DNA of 57,217 nt from Ministeria vibrans ATCC 50519 (Eukaryota; Protista; Filasterea): NCBI GenBank assembly GCA_943704425.1, contig CALSCP010000656.1:1-57217 (forward strand). The letters run 5' to 3'. This document shows positions 14,101 to 26,200 of the stretch, piece by piece. Every line of letters begins with the position of its first letter. The first letter of the stretch is position 1. Position numbers and translations under genes: made by a program. The notes below the pieces were generated by a model, which saw only the letters and a program-made list of their open reading frames with translations, did no database searches and was not told the origin of the DNA.

Positions 14101-14595
14101 GCCCCTGCGCATCCGGTCGACCATGGAGCTTCCGAACCCCGTGTGTTTGCGGTGACACGCAACTTCGAAATCTGTGACAGGGCTTTGCGTGTTGGCCCTG
14201 GAGCATTGAAGCACTCGGGTCTTCTTTTTCGGAATGAGCATAACTCTTATGGTTTGGTTGAGTTTGGGCCCGCAGGTGTTCAGGTTCGGAAGAACATCGA
14301 CCCAGGACCTGTCACGCAAGATGGGTTTACTGATCCTGACAACCAAACCATATCATGGAAGAAACATCCAAAGGGCGTTGCCACCGCGCCGGGGGTTACT
14401 GTTGACACGGCTGCTTTAGTGATGCGCACCAAAGGCAACCCCAATTACGACTTACTCCGCCTTGAATGGTGTCATCGAAAGAAGTTTGTCGCTCTACACA
14501 ATCTGGGAATTGTCAAATCTCCAGACACCAGCAACCTCCTGGAGAGCATCTTGTTCATAGGTCGTGGCCTCTTTAGTCCCTTGAGCATGGAGTGA
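11200..14595 (+). CDS. Large intronless protein: unknown N-terminal domain, ~6 Tudor/MBT/Agenet-like modules, probable permuted papain-like C-terminal domain
   Basis: Open 3.4-kb ORF; three repeats such as LRPGHDLDACDEYG..VKVKYDGWEDKWMAW; C-terminal KHSGLLF...NYDLLRLEWCH. Confidence 0.7.
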   Translation: MSTTSSMSVDEAFQPHLSKFEHSVNVYRTNRNLAQFSATRQEVMQAMLSGMGQSLDDVQQWMTFDMLPTTNNGFRPAEPTALKFPDHLSTYASIDGLRVNAATGEVKVLATPPSASAPALVSDADIEFVLRNGISEMAFSLDNAVRGTRVQPLQEASVRPQIVQREGGDIFKTLISADMLLKTLSTGQEVSRMGPTFEQRSTEDRRGMMRSLDAQTSFQVRSVQSRTVEEHLMYGEQANLAHVARKWFDSNTIEHTMTVDGDETLFVLGHSELIIKGQVFRKRTKEDGPPPAFDTTGDYLLRHGLVEMPSTGRTPDEQFVNALNPHMSSLCQTFPDLARLRQLYRIVAVCKLLMAHGDHLAANNQNDTIERLHRQSTFALLPAHRPAAPTGPTSSTKRHCFIPTSVCLGEDNDIKEDMQPAAENNDVPHPLGAVVDAQDEYAMWFTGKILMVQDHRRYVHFDSWDSAYDTWLPLDLNRIVDKNTHTPPGRSSGPGSGVFRPNLEEGAIVEVLHGRASNGTLVYKPAKYVSSTDETWTVCSEDGGAGAPVVTAHFAQQAGLIRLAPINNSATIQEISSGLLRPGHDLDACDEYGICYTASVVDVDLPTNTVKVKYDGWEDKWMAWHPMSTDTLAPMFTYVPQGTRTTRCVVNGVTVRIGTMPHPHAFPEGTRVDVRYPPTQGTFHEAIVLEQLNAGLERSVRVRFCDEDAAPENREVVLKIADGLVRQKTPNLFNPATPEAIVTGDLRVGHDVDVCDDYFCWSTATITKVSKESVTLSDGTEELQPESEDQKASTVVTVTYHGWPALWDERIELPSSRIQPLHTHTRAGFRSADNRIGRFVVPPVHSSVLIRQSSLMPGETSSSQANFYQRAKIVAANDAEHVCLQIEGQNDTVRLSIASLTLGQLKDDTIVQRAPTLAANYTFGGIKMNPLLKRVANISLGESACHVAHYIDQHIPAISPFQAPPKNAPAHPVDHGASEPRVFAVTRNFEICDRALRVGPGALKHSGLLFRNEHNSYGLVEFGPAGVQVRKNIDPGPVTQDGFTDPDNQTISWKKHPKGVATAPGVTVDTAALVMRTKGNPNYDLLRLEWCHRKKFVALHNLGIVKSPDTSNLLESILFIGRGLFSPLSME

Positions 14596-15151
14596 GTATT
14601 TTTTTCTTCTTTTTTCTTGTGAGCATGTGCGTGCATGTGTGTGTGTGTGTGTGTCTATTGGCCTCTGTTGAAAATAAAAATATAAAACGAAAGGAAAAAA
14701 CAAAATCGATGTTGTTATTATTAATTATACTCAAGAGGGAATATACTTCCAAAAAAATATTATTACTATAATAACATTGAGAGTCACAGGAAGCGCTGCG
14801 GAGAGTGGGAGGGGTCTGGACCCGTGGCTGTGGGCGATATTGGTCTTCTCTTGTTTTACCTTGTGTGTGTAACTTTCTTGTGACTTACACAGTTTGATTT
14901 GTCACGTCTTGATCGTAAAAAGTGTGTAAAATGATTATAATCTTATTGTAGTGTTATTGTATCTGATACCTATCGGATCACGTCTCTGGCCATGAGCGGA
15001 TGAGCCATCAGTCAACCTATATCCGTTGACCGTTCCCTCTTCAGTCTTTCGATGCTTCTCTAGGCAGTAGTTTTGAACTGATCATAAATAATTGGAAATG
15101 TTACTATCTTATTTCATTCATCCAATCATCAGACTTCAGAAAAATAACTCA

Positions 15152-15246
15152 ATGTCTGACGCAGCCGGCTCCTCCGAGGACACTGATAAGAATGTCGAAG
15201 TGTGGAAGATCAAGCGACTCATCAAGGGCTTAGAAGCGGCGCGCGG
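15152..15246 (+). CDS. ETF1: Eukaryotic release factor 1, first coding exon only (orphan)
   Basis: MSDAAGSSEDTDKNVEVWKIKRLIKGLEAARG followed by a GTGAGT donor; the expected NGTSMISL exon is absent from the window. Confidence 0.85.
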
Positions 15247-15535
15247 GTGAGTTGAACACGGCAGAAAAAAAAAACGGGTCTTGTCGCTTGCTTGGCGTGT
15301 CTGGCCATGCGGACGTGCGTTGAGAGGGTCACTGGTGGGGATGGTTGAGTGCAGACTCCGCGCAACCACCGCCTACGCTTCTTTTGCTCGATGTGTCTGT
15401 CAATAGGCTTTTTTTTTTTTTTTTTTTTTTTACATAGTCTGCGAGTGCTAATTCTCTCATGTCAGGTTTGAGCTAAAAAAAAAAGAACAAAAAGTTGTCG
15501 TTAATAATTTGGCTTCTTTGTGACTTGTGCGTGTG

Positions 15536-15720
15536 CTCACTTGTGATAACTATCAATTACTCTCATTCTCTCTCTTATTCTCTCTCACTTGTGCTACTTC
15601 TCTCAGTCACTCTCACTTCGCTCTCACTTGTGATGACTATCAATTACTCTCATTCTCTCTCTTATTCTCTCTCACTTGTGCTACTTCTCTCAGTCACTCT
15701 CACTTCGCTCTCACTTGCGA
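15536..15720. repeat. Tandem duplication of an ~85-90 bp unit
   Basis: ctcacttgtgat(a/g)actatcaattactctcattctctctc...ctctcacttcg occurs twice. Confidence 0.8.
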
Positions 15721-15731
15721 CTTTAAGCACC

Positions 15732-17701
15732 TGTAAAAAAAGCACAGCGACCGTCTCAGCTGCAACACGAAGGACTCGCGCGTCTTCAGGACCAAACTCA
15801 GTCTCAGTGCCACTGCAGTATTGTGGCCAGAAGAGATGTTCGTGACGGGAAGAGGGAGGGGAGAGGGTGTGCAGGGACGGTCCGTCCAAGAGCTAAACAC
15901 ACAGGGAAGCACAGAAGACAGAGTAAGGGGAAAAAAACAAAAGAAAGAATGAGACAGAGAAACAAGTGATAGAATAAGAGAAAAAAAAAGATAAAAAATG
16001 AGAAAGAGAGAGGTCAGAATGTATACGTGTGAAATTCATTTTGCGTCTCGTTGAGTGATATAAGATTCAATTTGCTTACGGGATCGACATGAAAGTGAGC
16101 GTAACGGGCAGTAAGAAGTCGAAAGATAAATTTGCGTGCGCGTTGAGCAGCATCGGTGGACGACTTGAGGGCAAAGAAGCGACGGACGAGCGCATGAATG
16201 TAGACACGGGCAGCGGCTTGGCGTTGGCGGGGAAGCCAGTAAGGCTGGATGGGAACCTATTTGAGGGAATAGGGATTTCAATATGGTACTGATTAGGCTT
16301 ACATATTAATATGATGGGAATGAAGTGCACTTGACATTATTAATTTTAGGGTTATAATAAAATTAATAATTATTATTAATAATAGTTATTATAGTATATA
16401 CTATTAGACACTTTGTCACTTTTGGGGTTACACCGTCAATAACGCCACGCTACTTTTCTTATTAATCCTTACTCGCTCCCGATATGCCTTCGCAATGGTC
16501 TGACGTGCGTTGGTCTGAAGAAACCCATTGACACTCACACTCAGTGGAGTAATGGCCGTCACATGATGAAACCTAAAAGACAACCCAAAACATAAGGTTC
16601 TTCCACTCTTCTCATGCTTCCGGCGCACCAAAAAGCCGGAATAATAAGGAGATCACCAGGGCCGAGAAGCGCCTCACGGCCGTCACAGGCAGCGCCCGAG
16701 TCAAAGAAGAGTGGGAAATCGCCCGAGAGACGTACGCCTGGCTGATCAATGTCCATTTGGGACTGGCGCGATGCCGGGTGGAGCGTAGAGAACTCGTAGA
16801 GAGCAAACGCATGACGCGGCGAGAAGAGCCGAAAGCGTTTGCGACCCGACACTTGCGTGTAGAGGTTGTCGCTGGCGTCGTAGTGGAGACGCGCCGTGAC
16901 GCTCGCACTGCCCAGCCAGATGTTGGGACCGCGCACGGGAAGACGCGACGCACGCACCAGTGCGCTGTAACTGCCAATATCGTTACTAAGCGTATCGCTC
17001 GTCGATGAGACGCTCGAGCTGTAGTACAGTCCATCACCGCGATCCGCTCGCTGGAAAAACTCACTGCTGCTCATGTTTGCCAATGCAGTGGGTTCGCGCA
17101 AGGTTAGACCTGCAGTGCGTCGCAGCAGCGCCTTTTCGCGGTTGTAGTAGAGAAAGGTCGAGCCGTGCGTGCTGTTCAACATAACATTGGCAAGATTCGG
17201 TGCGTGCTATGTGAATGGGAGGCGTCTTAGCAAAGATCATTCTCTCTCTCTCTCTTTCGCTCTCTCTTGAACCTGAATGAGATAGTCGCGGTCTCGCCAG
17301 CGCTCAAAGGCCGCCCACTGTTGCAATGCAGAGAGGTTCTCGACGACAGCGGGTTCGGCGCTGTCGAGAAGGGCGTCCATGAGCTGTCGTTGGTCGTTGT
17401 AGTCGCGCGCATCGATCCGTCGCACTGCCCGAAACTCCAACGGTCCGCCTGTAGCCACACAGCGTCCCAACGCGTCGTGGCCAGCCGGCGCGGTGGGTCC
17501 GTGTGCCAACGAGAAGAGCGAGGCGTACGTGAGGGCATGCATGATGCCGAGAGTGGCGACGAGAGCGGCAAGAAGGCGAATGACAAGTGACGAGAGTCGA
17601 CGCGGTGGATCTGGGTGCGCCCCAGTCTCGTTGGCGGCCGCCGTATCGCTGGCACTGCTACCTTCACTGAACGTTCCGAGTCGCCTGCGTGGCATCGGCA
17701 T
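15732..17701 (-). CDS. Membrane-anchored JmjC/Cupin_8 2-oxoglutarate oxygenase (multi-exon; 3' end uncertain)
   Basis: N-terminal TM; EPAVVEN..WAAFERW; NIWLGSASVTARLHYD (HxD); GRKRFRLF; LGPGDLLIIPAFW|FHHV. Confidence 0.78.
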
Positions 17702-17936
17702 GGTGGAGAAACGAATATTTTTGAAATTCCCCGCCAAAACCTCAGGATGATGAAATCGAAACGAAATCGGTGCGCGCTCTCCAAAAAGACACCCAAAGTA
17801 ATTCCAAGACTGGCGAGGTTACTTGTCAAATATACCGGCCGTCCAATAATAATTTCTATTCAGAATTTCTGATGAATAATTCTAGTATTATTTTTTTTGC
17901 AATTTTTTTATATTTATTTGTCGACCAGCCATAGAA

Positions 17937-19668
17937 ATGCTACGCGCCGACGATAATGGGTAAGGCTGAAGATCTCTTGTGCGTCTGTGGCTATGCACGG
18001 GTGCTAGTTTTGTGCACTTATTTTTCTTTTTTTTTTTTCTCTTTTTTTTTTTTCATCTCAACAACATTGACATGGCGTTTCTTCCTTCTCCGTCGACTCA
18101 CCGTCCCGCCTTCCTTTGCAGGGGCTCCTCGTCGAGAGCGCGCACCAGTGGCACCAAGCGAAGCTCGGTAAGATGGCTGGAACCGTCTTGGGACTATTCA
18201 TTGTTTTGCGCGCGAACGGAGAGAAGCGCTCTTTTTCCGAGAACCTTTTGCACTTTTGATTTCCGTTTTGGCGGGTCGCTCGCCTGATTGTGATCAATCG
18301 CGCCAAATGGCTGCCGATCACGCTGCTCGCTGCTGCGGAGGCCCACTCATGTGTTTATGGTTGCTGTAGGATTGCCTTGAGGCGCCAGTCTCGACGCGTA
18401 GCTCGAAGCGGGCGACGAGGGAAGGCGATTCTGATCGCCACCCTTTGTCGACGTCGGGCCGTCGCCCCCAGGCACCATCGGACGCGCTGCCGGGCCCAGC
18501 CATCATGATTGGACACCCCGAGGCGCCTGTGTCCTTTTGCGCCCCCGGAGAGATTGATATTTTGGCAGACGAGCGCGACACGGTCGTTTCATCAAAGCGC
18601 GCCCAAGTCGCAAGTGATTTGGGGTTTGGCGCCGACGACGACAACGACGACGACGACGACGACGCCACCTCCGCGTACGACCAACCCATGTCGTCGTCTA
18701 CACTGTACAGATCCACGTCGACCAGGTCGGCTCGATCATCGAGCAGAACACCCGAGAAGGTGACGCTTTTTTTTTTGCGTGTGACTGTAATCATCCTGAC
18801 ACTGTGTGATTTTTTTCTTATTCTTTTTCTTTTTTGCTTGTCTAGGCGTACTCAAGCGCCTCTCAATCTCAGACGACGGTGTCCACATCCACCCCAAGGT
18901 ACAGCCTAGCCTTTTGAATCATACATGCACAAGCATACTGATTATGATGATTATGATGGTCTTGTAATAGTTTGACAAAGCGCTCAGCACCTCCGCCCGT
19001 CTTTCCACTCGACGAGCCCCTTCACTCTACGCACAGCAGCAGCGACACAGCAATACCCCCACCACTGACAACATCAACAGCATCGACATCAACTGCCGCA
19101 CACACTGGCTCAGCAGCAGCAGAAGATGAGGAGCCAGTCGAGTACAGCCCCCTTCCGACTGTCCCTGATATGAAACGTGGTGCTTGGGCCCGTTTTTCCT
19201 CCGCAGAAACAGTAACAACAGCCAACAAAACACAAAAACACATAAGAGAGGAGATGGTAACCCATTCGTACAATAGGATGAAATCTCCGACGTGTGGACT
19301 GCTCTGTCACAGCGCGAACGTGACTGGATTGCCAATCCCTATCTGTGGGCTCAGCACACGGAACTGCGCGCACACATGCGAGTCGTTCTCATTGATTGGC
19401 TTAAAGAAGTATTTTTTTGATTGGCGCGTTATTGTTGGTTTGTGTTTTGACTTTGTAAGTGACACACTATTTCTTTTTTTTGTGTAGGTGAGTCAAGAAT
19501 ATGGGTTGCATCGCGAAACATTCTACTTGGCGGTGAATTATGTTGATCGATATCTCAGTTCGAAACGGTCCACCCCCAAAAAGTGTCTTCAGTTGCTCGG
19601 TACGAAAAATTTCTAAAAAGTTCATCCGTCTTTCAATTACCCTAATAATAATAATAATAATAATTATT

Positions 19669-19702
<34 letters not shown>

Positions 19703-21154
19703 CAATATCTCATGGGGTTCTTTTGTGCTTTTTGGTGCGTAGGAATATCCGCGCTATTTGTTGCGGCAAAATTGGAAGAGATATTTCCTCCCAAAGTGCA
19801 AAAATTTGAGTATGTGACGAATCAGGCGTGTTCGTGCGCGCAGATCTTCATTACGGAAATGGTCCTTTTGAAAGTAAGGAATACCATTTCATTACTCACT
19901 TATGCACTGATTCGCTTTTCTTTCTTACATTTTTTGTGTGTTTCACCGTCATTTAGGCACTAAAATGGAACTTGACCATCTCGACACCCGTTGCGTGGCT
20001 GCATCTCTTCATGCAGGTTAATGCTTTCCTAGACACAGCACAGCCCTTTCGCGGTTCCTTCCATCACGCCGGCCGTGGCAGCGATGATGATGATGATGAT
20101 GATGATGCTGACACTCCTGCTCACACTCCCTCCGTGTACATGTTTGGTACTCCCAACGGCTCTCCGCTCTTCCGTCGCATTCTATACGATCCCACTGTCT
20201 TTGAAGAGGCCATGAAGATTATCGATTTGGCCATACTCGGTATGAATATCAAATATCAAACACATTGCTGGAATGGTGTACTTATCACTCTTTCTCCTTG
20301 TTTTTCTATTTGTTTTTCTATTTGTTTTATTTGTTTTTTTCGACTTGTTTTTTCATAACATTGTTTCTCTCTGTATCACTTCGTTTTTTTCTCTCTCTCC
20401 ATCACTCGCTTTCTCTGTTGCGTATATAGACACACTGAGCATGCGGTTTGTCTCATCGGTTCTTGCTGCCTCAGCCTGGTTCCTTGCTGCCTCTCATGCA
20501 CTCCTTCCCGACTACTCTGTTGTCGACATCATTGCCATGACTGATCCCGCACTTCACACCATTGCAGATAAACTCCCCGAGGTAATAATAATCATCAACT
20601 GAGACTGAGAACGTCGTAATAATAAGCATTCATCGAGACTGTGTGCGTTCTAATAATTATTAATTATTTACTGAGACTGAGAGCGTCGTAATTGTATCAT
20701 TATTAATTTTTGTATTATTATCATTGTGTGTAGGTGACTGGGTACTCTTTGGCGCAGCTTCAGCCGTGTCTGTCGTTCCTTGCGACGTACGATCAGTTCA
20801 ACCGCACACACGTTCGTCGTGCTGTGCCCCCTCAGCGCCCCTCCAAGTCGGTACGTCAAAAGAACTTGTGTGACCACGATTCCCTTTTTTTTAAATTGGA
20901 AATGTCTTCTTCTTCTTCTATTATTTCTCTTCTTCTTTTTTTGCTTGTATAGGGTGCTTCTCGAAGCCATCTGATCCAGACGCACTATCATGGACTCACT
21001 CCCGCGGTAAAAGCAGACGCGTCTACTTGAATCCAATGTTGTTCTAAAACATGTCGTTACGTCTTATTGTTGTGTGTAGGATGAAACTCCCGAAGAGACA
21101 CACGCAGCTCAGTCCGCTTGCCATCTCTACAGTGTCGAGAGTGCTTTCCTCTGA
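17937..21154 (+). CDS. CCNE: Cyclin E-like G1/S cyclin (multi-exon)
   Basis: MRVVLIDWLKE|VSQEYGLHRETFYLAVNYVDRYLS, GISALFVAAKLEEIFPPK, EMVLLK|ALKWNL..PVAWL. Confidence 0.85.
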
Positions 21155-21261
21155 GCCCAACCGCACCCAAACCCTTTCTTTCCCCCCGTTTTCTTCAATC
21201 CTCTTGTTGTACACAAATTACAATACTATCTGAAAGTATTACATTATTTATACATGTGTGA

Positions 21262-23183
21262 TCAAAGCCACTGGAGGACAGTGGTTGCCGCAAGCGCACC
21301 TGCCGAGGCGACCATGGCCACCGCGGCCGTCGCCCACACGCCCTTGTCACCCGTCTCATCACTGCCATTTGTGCCCACTGCGTCTCTGTGCTCCACAAAC
21401 TCACCGACATCACCACACATCGCACTGTTGCTGCTGCTGCTCCCCATGAGTGTTTTCAGTTGCTCTCGTTTGCGCTGTCGCACGCGTTCCGCCCTCTCTT
21501 CAAGCACAAAATCGGGCGACTGCACATCCATTGACACACTCATCAGCTCGTGATACGCACACACTGCCTTGCTTGTGCCCACATCGAATGCCCCCATCGC
21601 ACTCAGACGCTCCAACGGCACTTCGCGCAGTAGAAAGTGCGCGCGTCCCAGAATATCTTCCCAAGGAACATTCTGTGGCACTTTGGCCTACACATGATAA
21701 GAAGAACATTATTATTTTGTTAGAATGACAGGGATGAAGTGGGAAGAATGAAAGAAACAAAGAAATACAGAGAAGGGAGGAAGAATGAAAGAGAGAAACA
21801 AAGTGATTAAAAGAAAAGAGAAACAAAGTGATAAAGAGAAAAGAGAAAGTGATAAAGAGAAAAGAGAAACAAGCGATTAAGACAAAAGAAGTGATGAAAG
21901 AAAAGAGAAACAAAGTGATAAAGAGAACAGAGAAAGTGATAAAGAGAAAGAGAAACAAGCGATTAAGAGAACAGAAGTGATAAAAGAAAAGAGAAACAAA
22001 GTGATAAAGAGAGAGACAAAGTGATGTAGAGAAACAAGCGATTAAGAGAACAGAAGTGATAAAGATAAACACATGATGAAGAGAAACAACAAAGTGATAG
22101 AGAGGGAGGGAAAAAGAGCAAAGTTAAAACACATATCGTATTACGAGAAGGCCATGAACTGAACTGAACTCACAGGGAGTCAAAAACACTTCTTTTCTCC
22201 TACAAATAAGAACCAGTTAGTGCAAAACTTTGTGTCGTGTTGTGCCTGACCTGTGATGAATGAGCGCAACAGAAACATACAAATGTGCCAGAGGGTGAGA
22301 GGAGAGGAGAAAGTCATAGACACGAGCAACCGTCTGCGGACAGTCAATGTCATGGGCAAACCAAGTGATGGCCCACGATATCGCCACGTACGGTTCAAGA
22401 GACGCACTATATATACAAAAAGACATTTGTGTGTGAGTTGAGGTGAGAGTTTGGTGATTGAACATATATTTATTCACGTGAGTGTCATTCAAATGACGTG
22501 TTACTGTGTGTGTGTGTGTGATTCAAACGTATAGTTGAGCGTAAGCCATTTGTTTGTGCGTGAAATTCAGTGTGTGATGATTTGTACGCTTTGAGGTAAT
22601 CTGCGAGCTTTTCGTCGAAAGAGCTGAGGAGAGGAAAGAGAAGGGAGAGCTGCGAGAGGGCGCCTTTCAGATTTTCGTTCATAAAGTCGCGCAGATGATA
22701 TAGTGCAAGTCGTTCGCAGATGGGAAATGCCGATTCGGCACCCAGAACCATGAGCACAATGGAGCAGACGTCGTTGAAACCCTATGAACAGTTTGTCAGA
22801 CATAATTTTTCTTCCAAGCCTGTCTTTCATGTTTCTTACTTGGTAGTAGTACAGCTGTGGGTTGCGTGAGAGGATGGCGAGAATAATGCGACGCAAGTGG
22901 CCCTGAAGAAGTTTCTTGTTGGCGACTCGTTCGCCTACAACAAAGAGACGAAAGGAGTGAGGCGAGACATCTTCAAAATTACTCTGGCAAGTTTACCACT
23001 GGCGAAACGGTGAAGCGAGCGATGAACGTCCATTTCAACCTGGTGAGTGTCACGATGATCGGGATCAATAAAACCTACGAGAAAGCATTGAAGAAGAAAG
23101 AAAGAACAGTTGAGAATGACGTATTACGTTTCAGACAAGGAACATTTTGCCAAAAAGTCGAATGTCACAATGAAACAACTGAC

Positions 23184-23221
<38 letters not shown>

Positions 23222-26200
23222 GAGAAAACGACAGACACTGTGCGGTCGCCAGGGGCCTTGGAGAAGGCTTTGAAGGCAGTCAATGGCCCGTGTGGGCACA
23301 CTGCATGTGCTCACATCACGCTGTGAGTCCCGTAAATGCCCCCAACGACCAGCGCAGGACATGACAGGCCAAGTTTTCGCCTTTCCGCTCCTCTCCGCTC
23401 TCCTTACCAACAACCAGGTCGTTATTTTCGTAGTAGCGGTTGCCCCAGGCATCTTCTCCCATCAAGGTGCCATCTCTGACCGTACCAGACCTGCACAATT
23501 CCACAGTGTCAAACAAGAACTCAAAAGCGCCTTCCGTACGTCCACATTTGCGTGTAGATGCGCTTCCACTGTCCCGTTCTAAACAAAGAGAGCCCTCTTG
23601 ACATGTTTCAACAGCGATTTTTTGAAATTTGTTATAATTGAGTAATGAGTTTTGACTTTTTTTTTGACTTTTCAATGACTTCTTTCATTGTCAAATCGAC
23701 CAGTTGACACTTGACAATTCTTGTTGTCGTCTTTATGGATCCTCGACCGGCCCGTCGAAGACAACCACAACAACAGCAGCCTGATGACGGAGACGATTCC
23801 CCTCCTCGTCGTCGTCGAGATTTTGACTACTACGCTGACAGTGCGGAATCGTCGTCGCCATCTCCGCCACCAACACCCCCGCGCGAGCCATCCGCCGCCC
23901 AACTTGCTTCCAGTGTCAAGTTAGACCTGGCTGAGAGTCGCTGGGAAGAACTCCCTGAGGCTCTCTTTGCCAATCGTCGTTTGAAGTCCCTCGATTTGTC
24001 TCACTCGCAACTGAAAACTTTGCCACCTCGCCTCTCTGCGCTATCGTCACTCGAGATGCTCGTTATACCCCATTCTCTTGTGCGTCTCATACCATCGTCG
24101 ATTGGTCGTTGTCGCAAGCTCAGGCTCCTCGACGTGTCTGGCTGCGAGCTCGAATCCCTCCCGCCGGACCTTGGCTCACTCCCCCACCTGGAGTCACTTA
24201 TTGCCTCGCACAATCGACTCACCACTGTGCCACGCGAGCTCTCACGGTGCCATGCACGTCTTCAACAGCTTGACCTCTCGCACAACCGGCTGGTGCGTCT
24301 TCCACCTGCCCTGGCGCTTCTCCATCGTCTCTCGTTTCTCCGCCTCCACGGCAATCCCAACCTTGTCGTACCCAAACCAATGGAAAACAACGCTTGCTTC
24401 CTGCCCGACAGACGACTAACCACCGACGACATCCGCTGCGTTCTTCACCTACTCAAGGCACACGAACTCCGTCGAGAGGCCTCTCTCACCGCAACAGCAC
24501 TAATGGTGCGGCGACAACCTGTCGTCTCGCCCTACCTCATCCGCGACATTCTCTCACATCTCTCCGATAGCGACTATCTTCCGCGTGCACGTGAGCTCAA
24601 CGCTTACAAGATCAAATTTCGCTAATAACTAATAATTATTAGTAAAACTAATAAATAACAGAAAGTACACTATACATCCGCCTGAGCGAGCGGCTGTGTC
24701 GACACCATCGATGACGAATGCACAAGGTCGGGCACAACAACAGCATCAGCATTAGCAGCAGCAGCAGCAGAGTCATCGCTAGTGACGGTGCTATTGCTAC
24801 CGCTGCTGTCGTTGTTGTTGTCATCGATGTTGTTGTTGTTGTTGTTGTCGTGAGCGCTCGTCGGTTCATCAGCAGAATTGGTAGTCGCGGGAGTAGTGAC
24901 AGTTGTTGCGGTTAAGGCTGTTGTGCTTGTTGTTGTTGTTGAGGGTGCCTTGTCTTTTGTTGCTATTGAACTCTCTGTCACGCGTCGGCGTTTGTGTGCA
25001 CTGTCGTCTGTGCGTGGCGGAGGCGACACAAAGTCATTGTCCATGTCCACATCGCTCACGGCAGACACACTCAGCTCGCTCACCAGAGAACTCACGGCCG
25101 GCTCTGACTTCTTCTTCTTCTCCGCCTCAGCTGTGGTTGTCGCTATGGTCGCTGTTGTTGATGATGAAACAGTCGGTCGTTTACGAGGTCGTGAGCGCGA
25201 CCGCGAACGAGATACAGGAGCACACGCTGTCATTGCCTCTTCGTTGTCCTCTTCGCGTCGCACTCGCTTGGGCGCAGGACTCGTTGTTGTGTCTGCCTCG
25301 AGTCCATTTGCCTTTCTATTGGGCGACACGGCCGTACTCTCTCCCCCATCGTCACTGGCCGACTCGTCGCCATTCGCCACAGTCGAAGGAGCCTTGCGCT
25401 TGCGCTCGGCGGCCGCACGCACACGCGCCGTCGGCTTGAGCGACTGCGTGTTACCCCAGTCCTCGTCCTCGTGCAACTCGGCACGTACAGCTGCGGCCGC
25501 CGCAAGATCCGCCTGACGCACCTCAGCAGCTCGACGGTACTCGTAGACTGGGTCGGTTTTCGAGAGAAGTGCGCGCAAGTGCATGCCCACCGCATCGCGA
25601 TACGCATCAAACTGGTCCTCGGGCGCATCCTCGGGATTCTTGCCGTAGCCTCCTTCAAACACAGACACAATGCGAGGCCCGTGTACACCGGCACAGCTCG
25701 AAATCGACTCGGCTATGTCAACAATGCTGCGTGTCATGGCGTAAAAGTCGGTGCTATTGAAAGACGCCAGTGCCATCCAATCGTCCTTGTGCGCGTCAAA
25801 ACCCGCCGAAATCATCACCAACTCAGGCTCAAATGCAACCATGGCCTCGCGCACACGATCCATCACTCCGGTGCCAAGCACGTCGCGCGTCCATTCGTAC
25901 GCTGCCGGCAGAGGGAAGTTGAGCACGTTGGGGTGCTTGTCGGCGCGCTCGTGCACCGTATTCGGGTAAATGCCCTCCTCGCACACATGGATGGAAATGA
26001 ACTGGTAGTTTTGCTCGCGCGGTCGCTTGTTGATCTCGCGCATGAGCAACTCTTCGGTACCGTTGCCGTGGTGCACATCAATGTCAATCACAGTGACGCG
26101 CTTCACACGAAGCACATCGTGTGCATAAACAGCGCCCAGTGCCACATTGTTGAAGAGGCAGAAACCCTGTGAGTCGGCGTGCAGCGCCACGCCCGCATAG

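Noticed and set aside
19257-19276. Possible 20-nt micro-intron in cyclin E
   Set aside because: An upstream GT near 19212 gives an in-frame intron of ordinary size (~65 nt)
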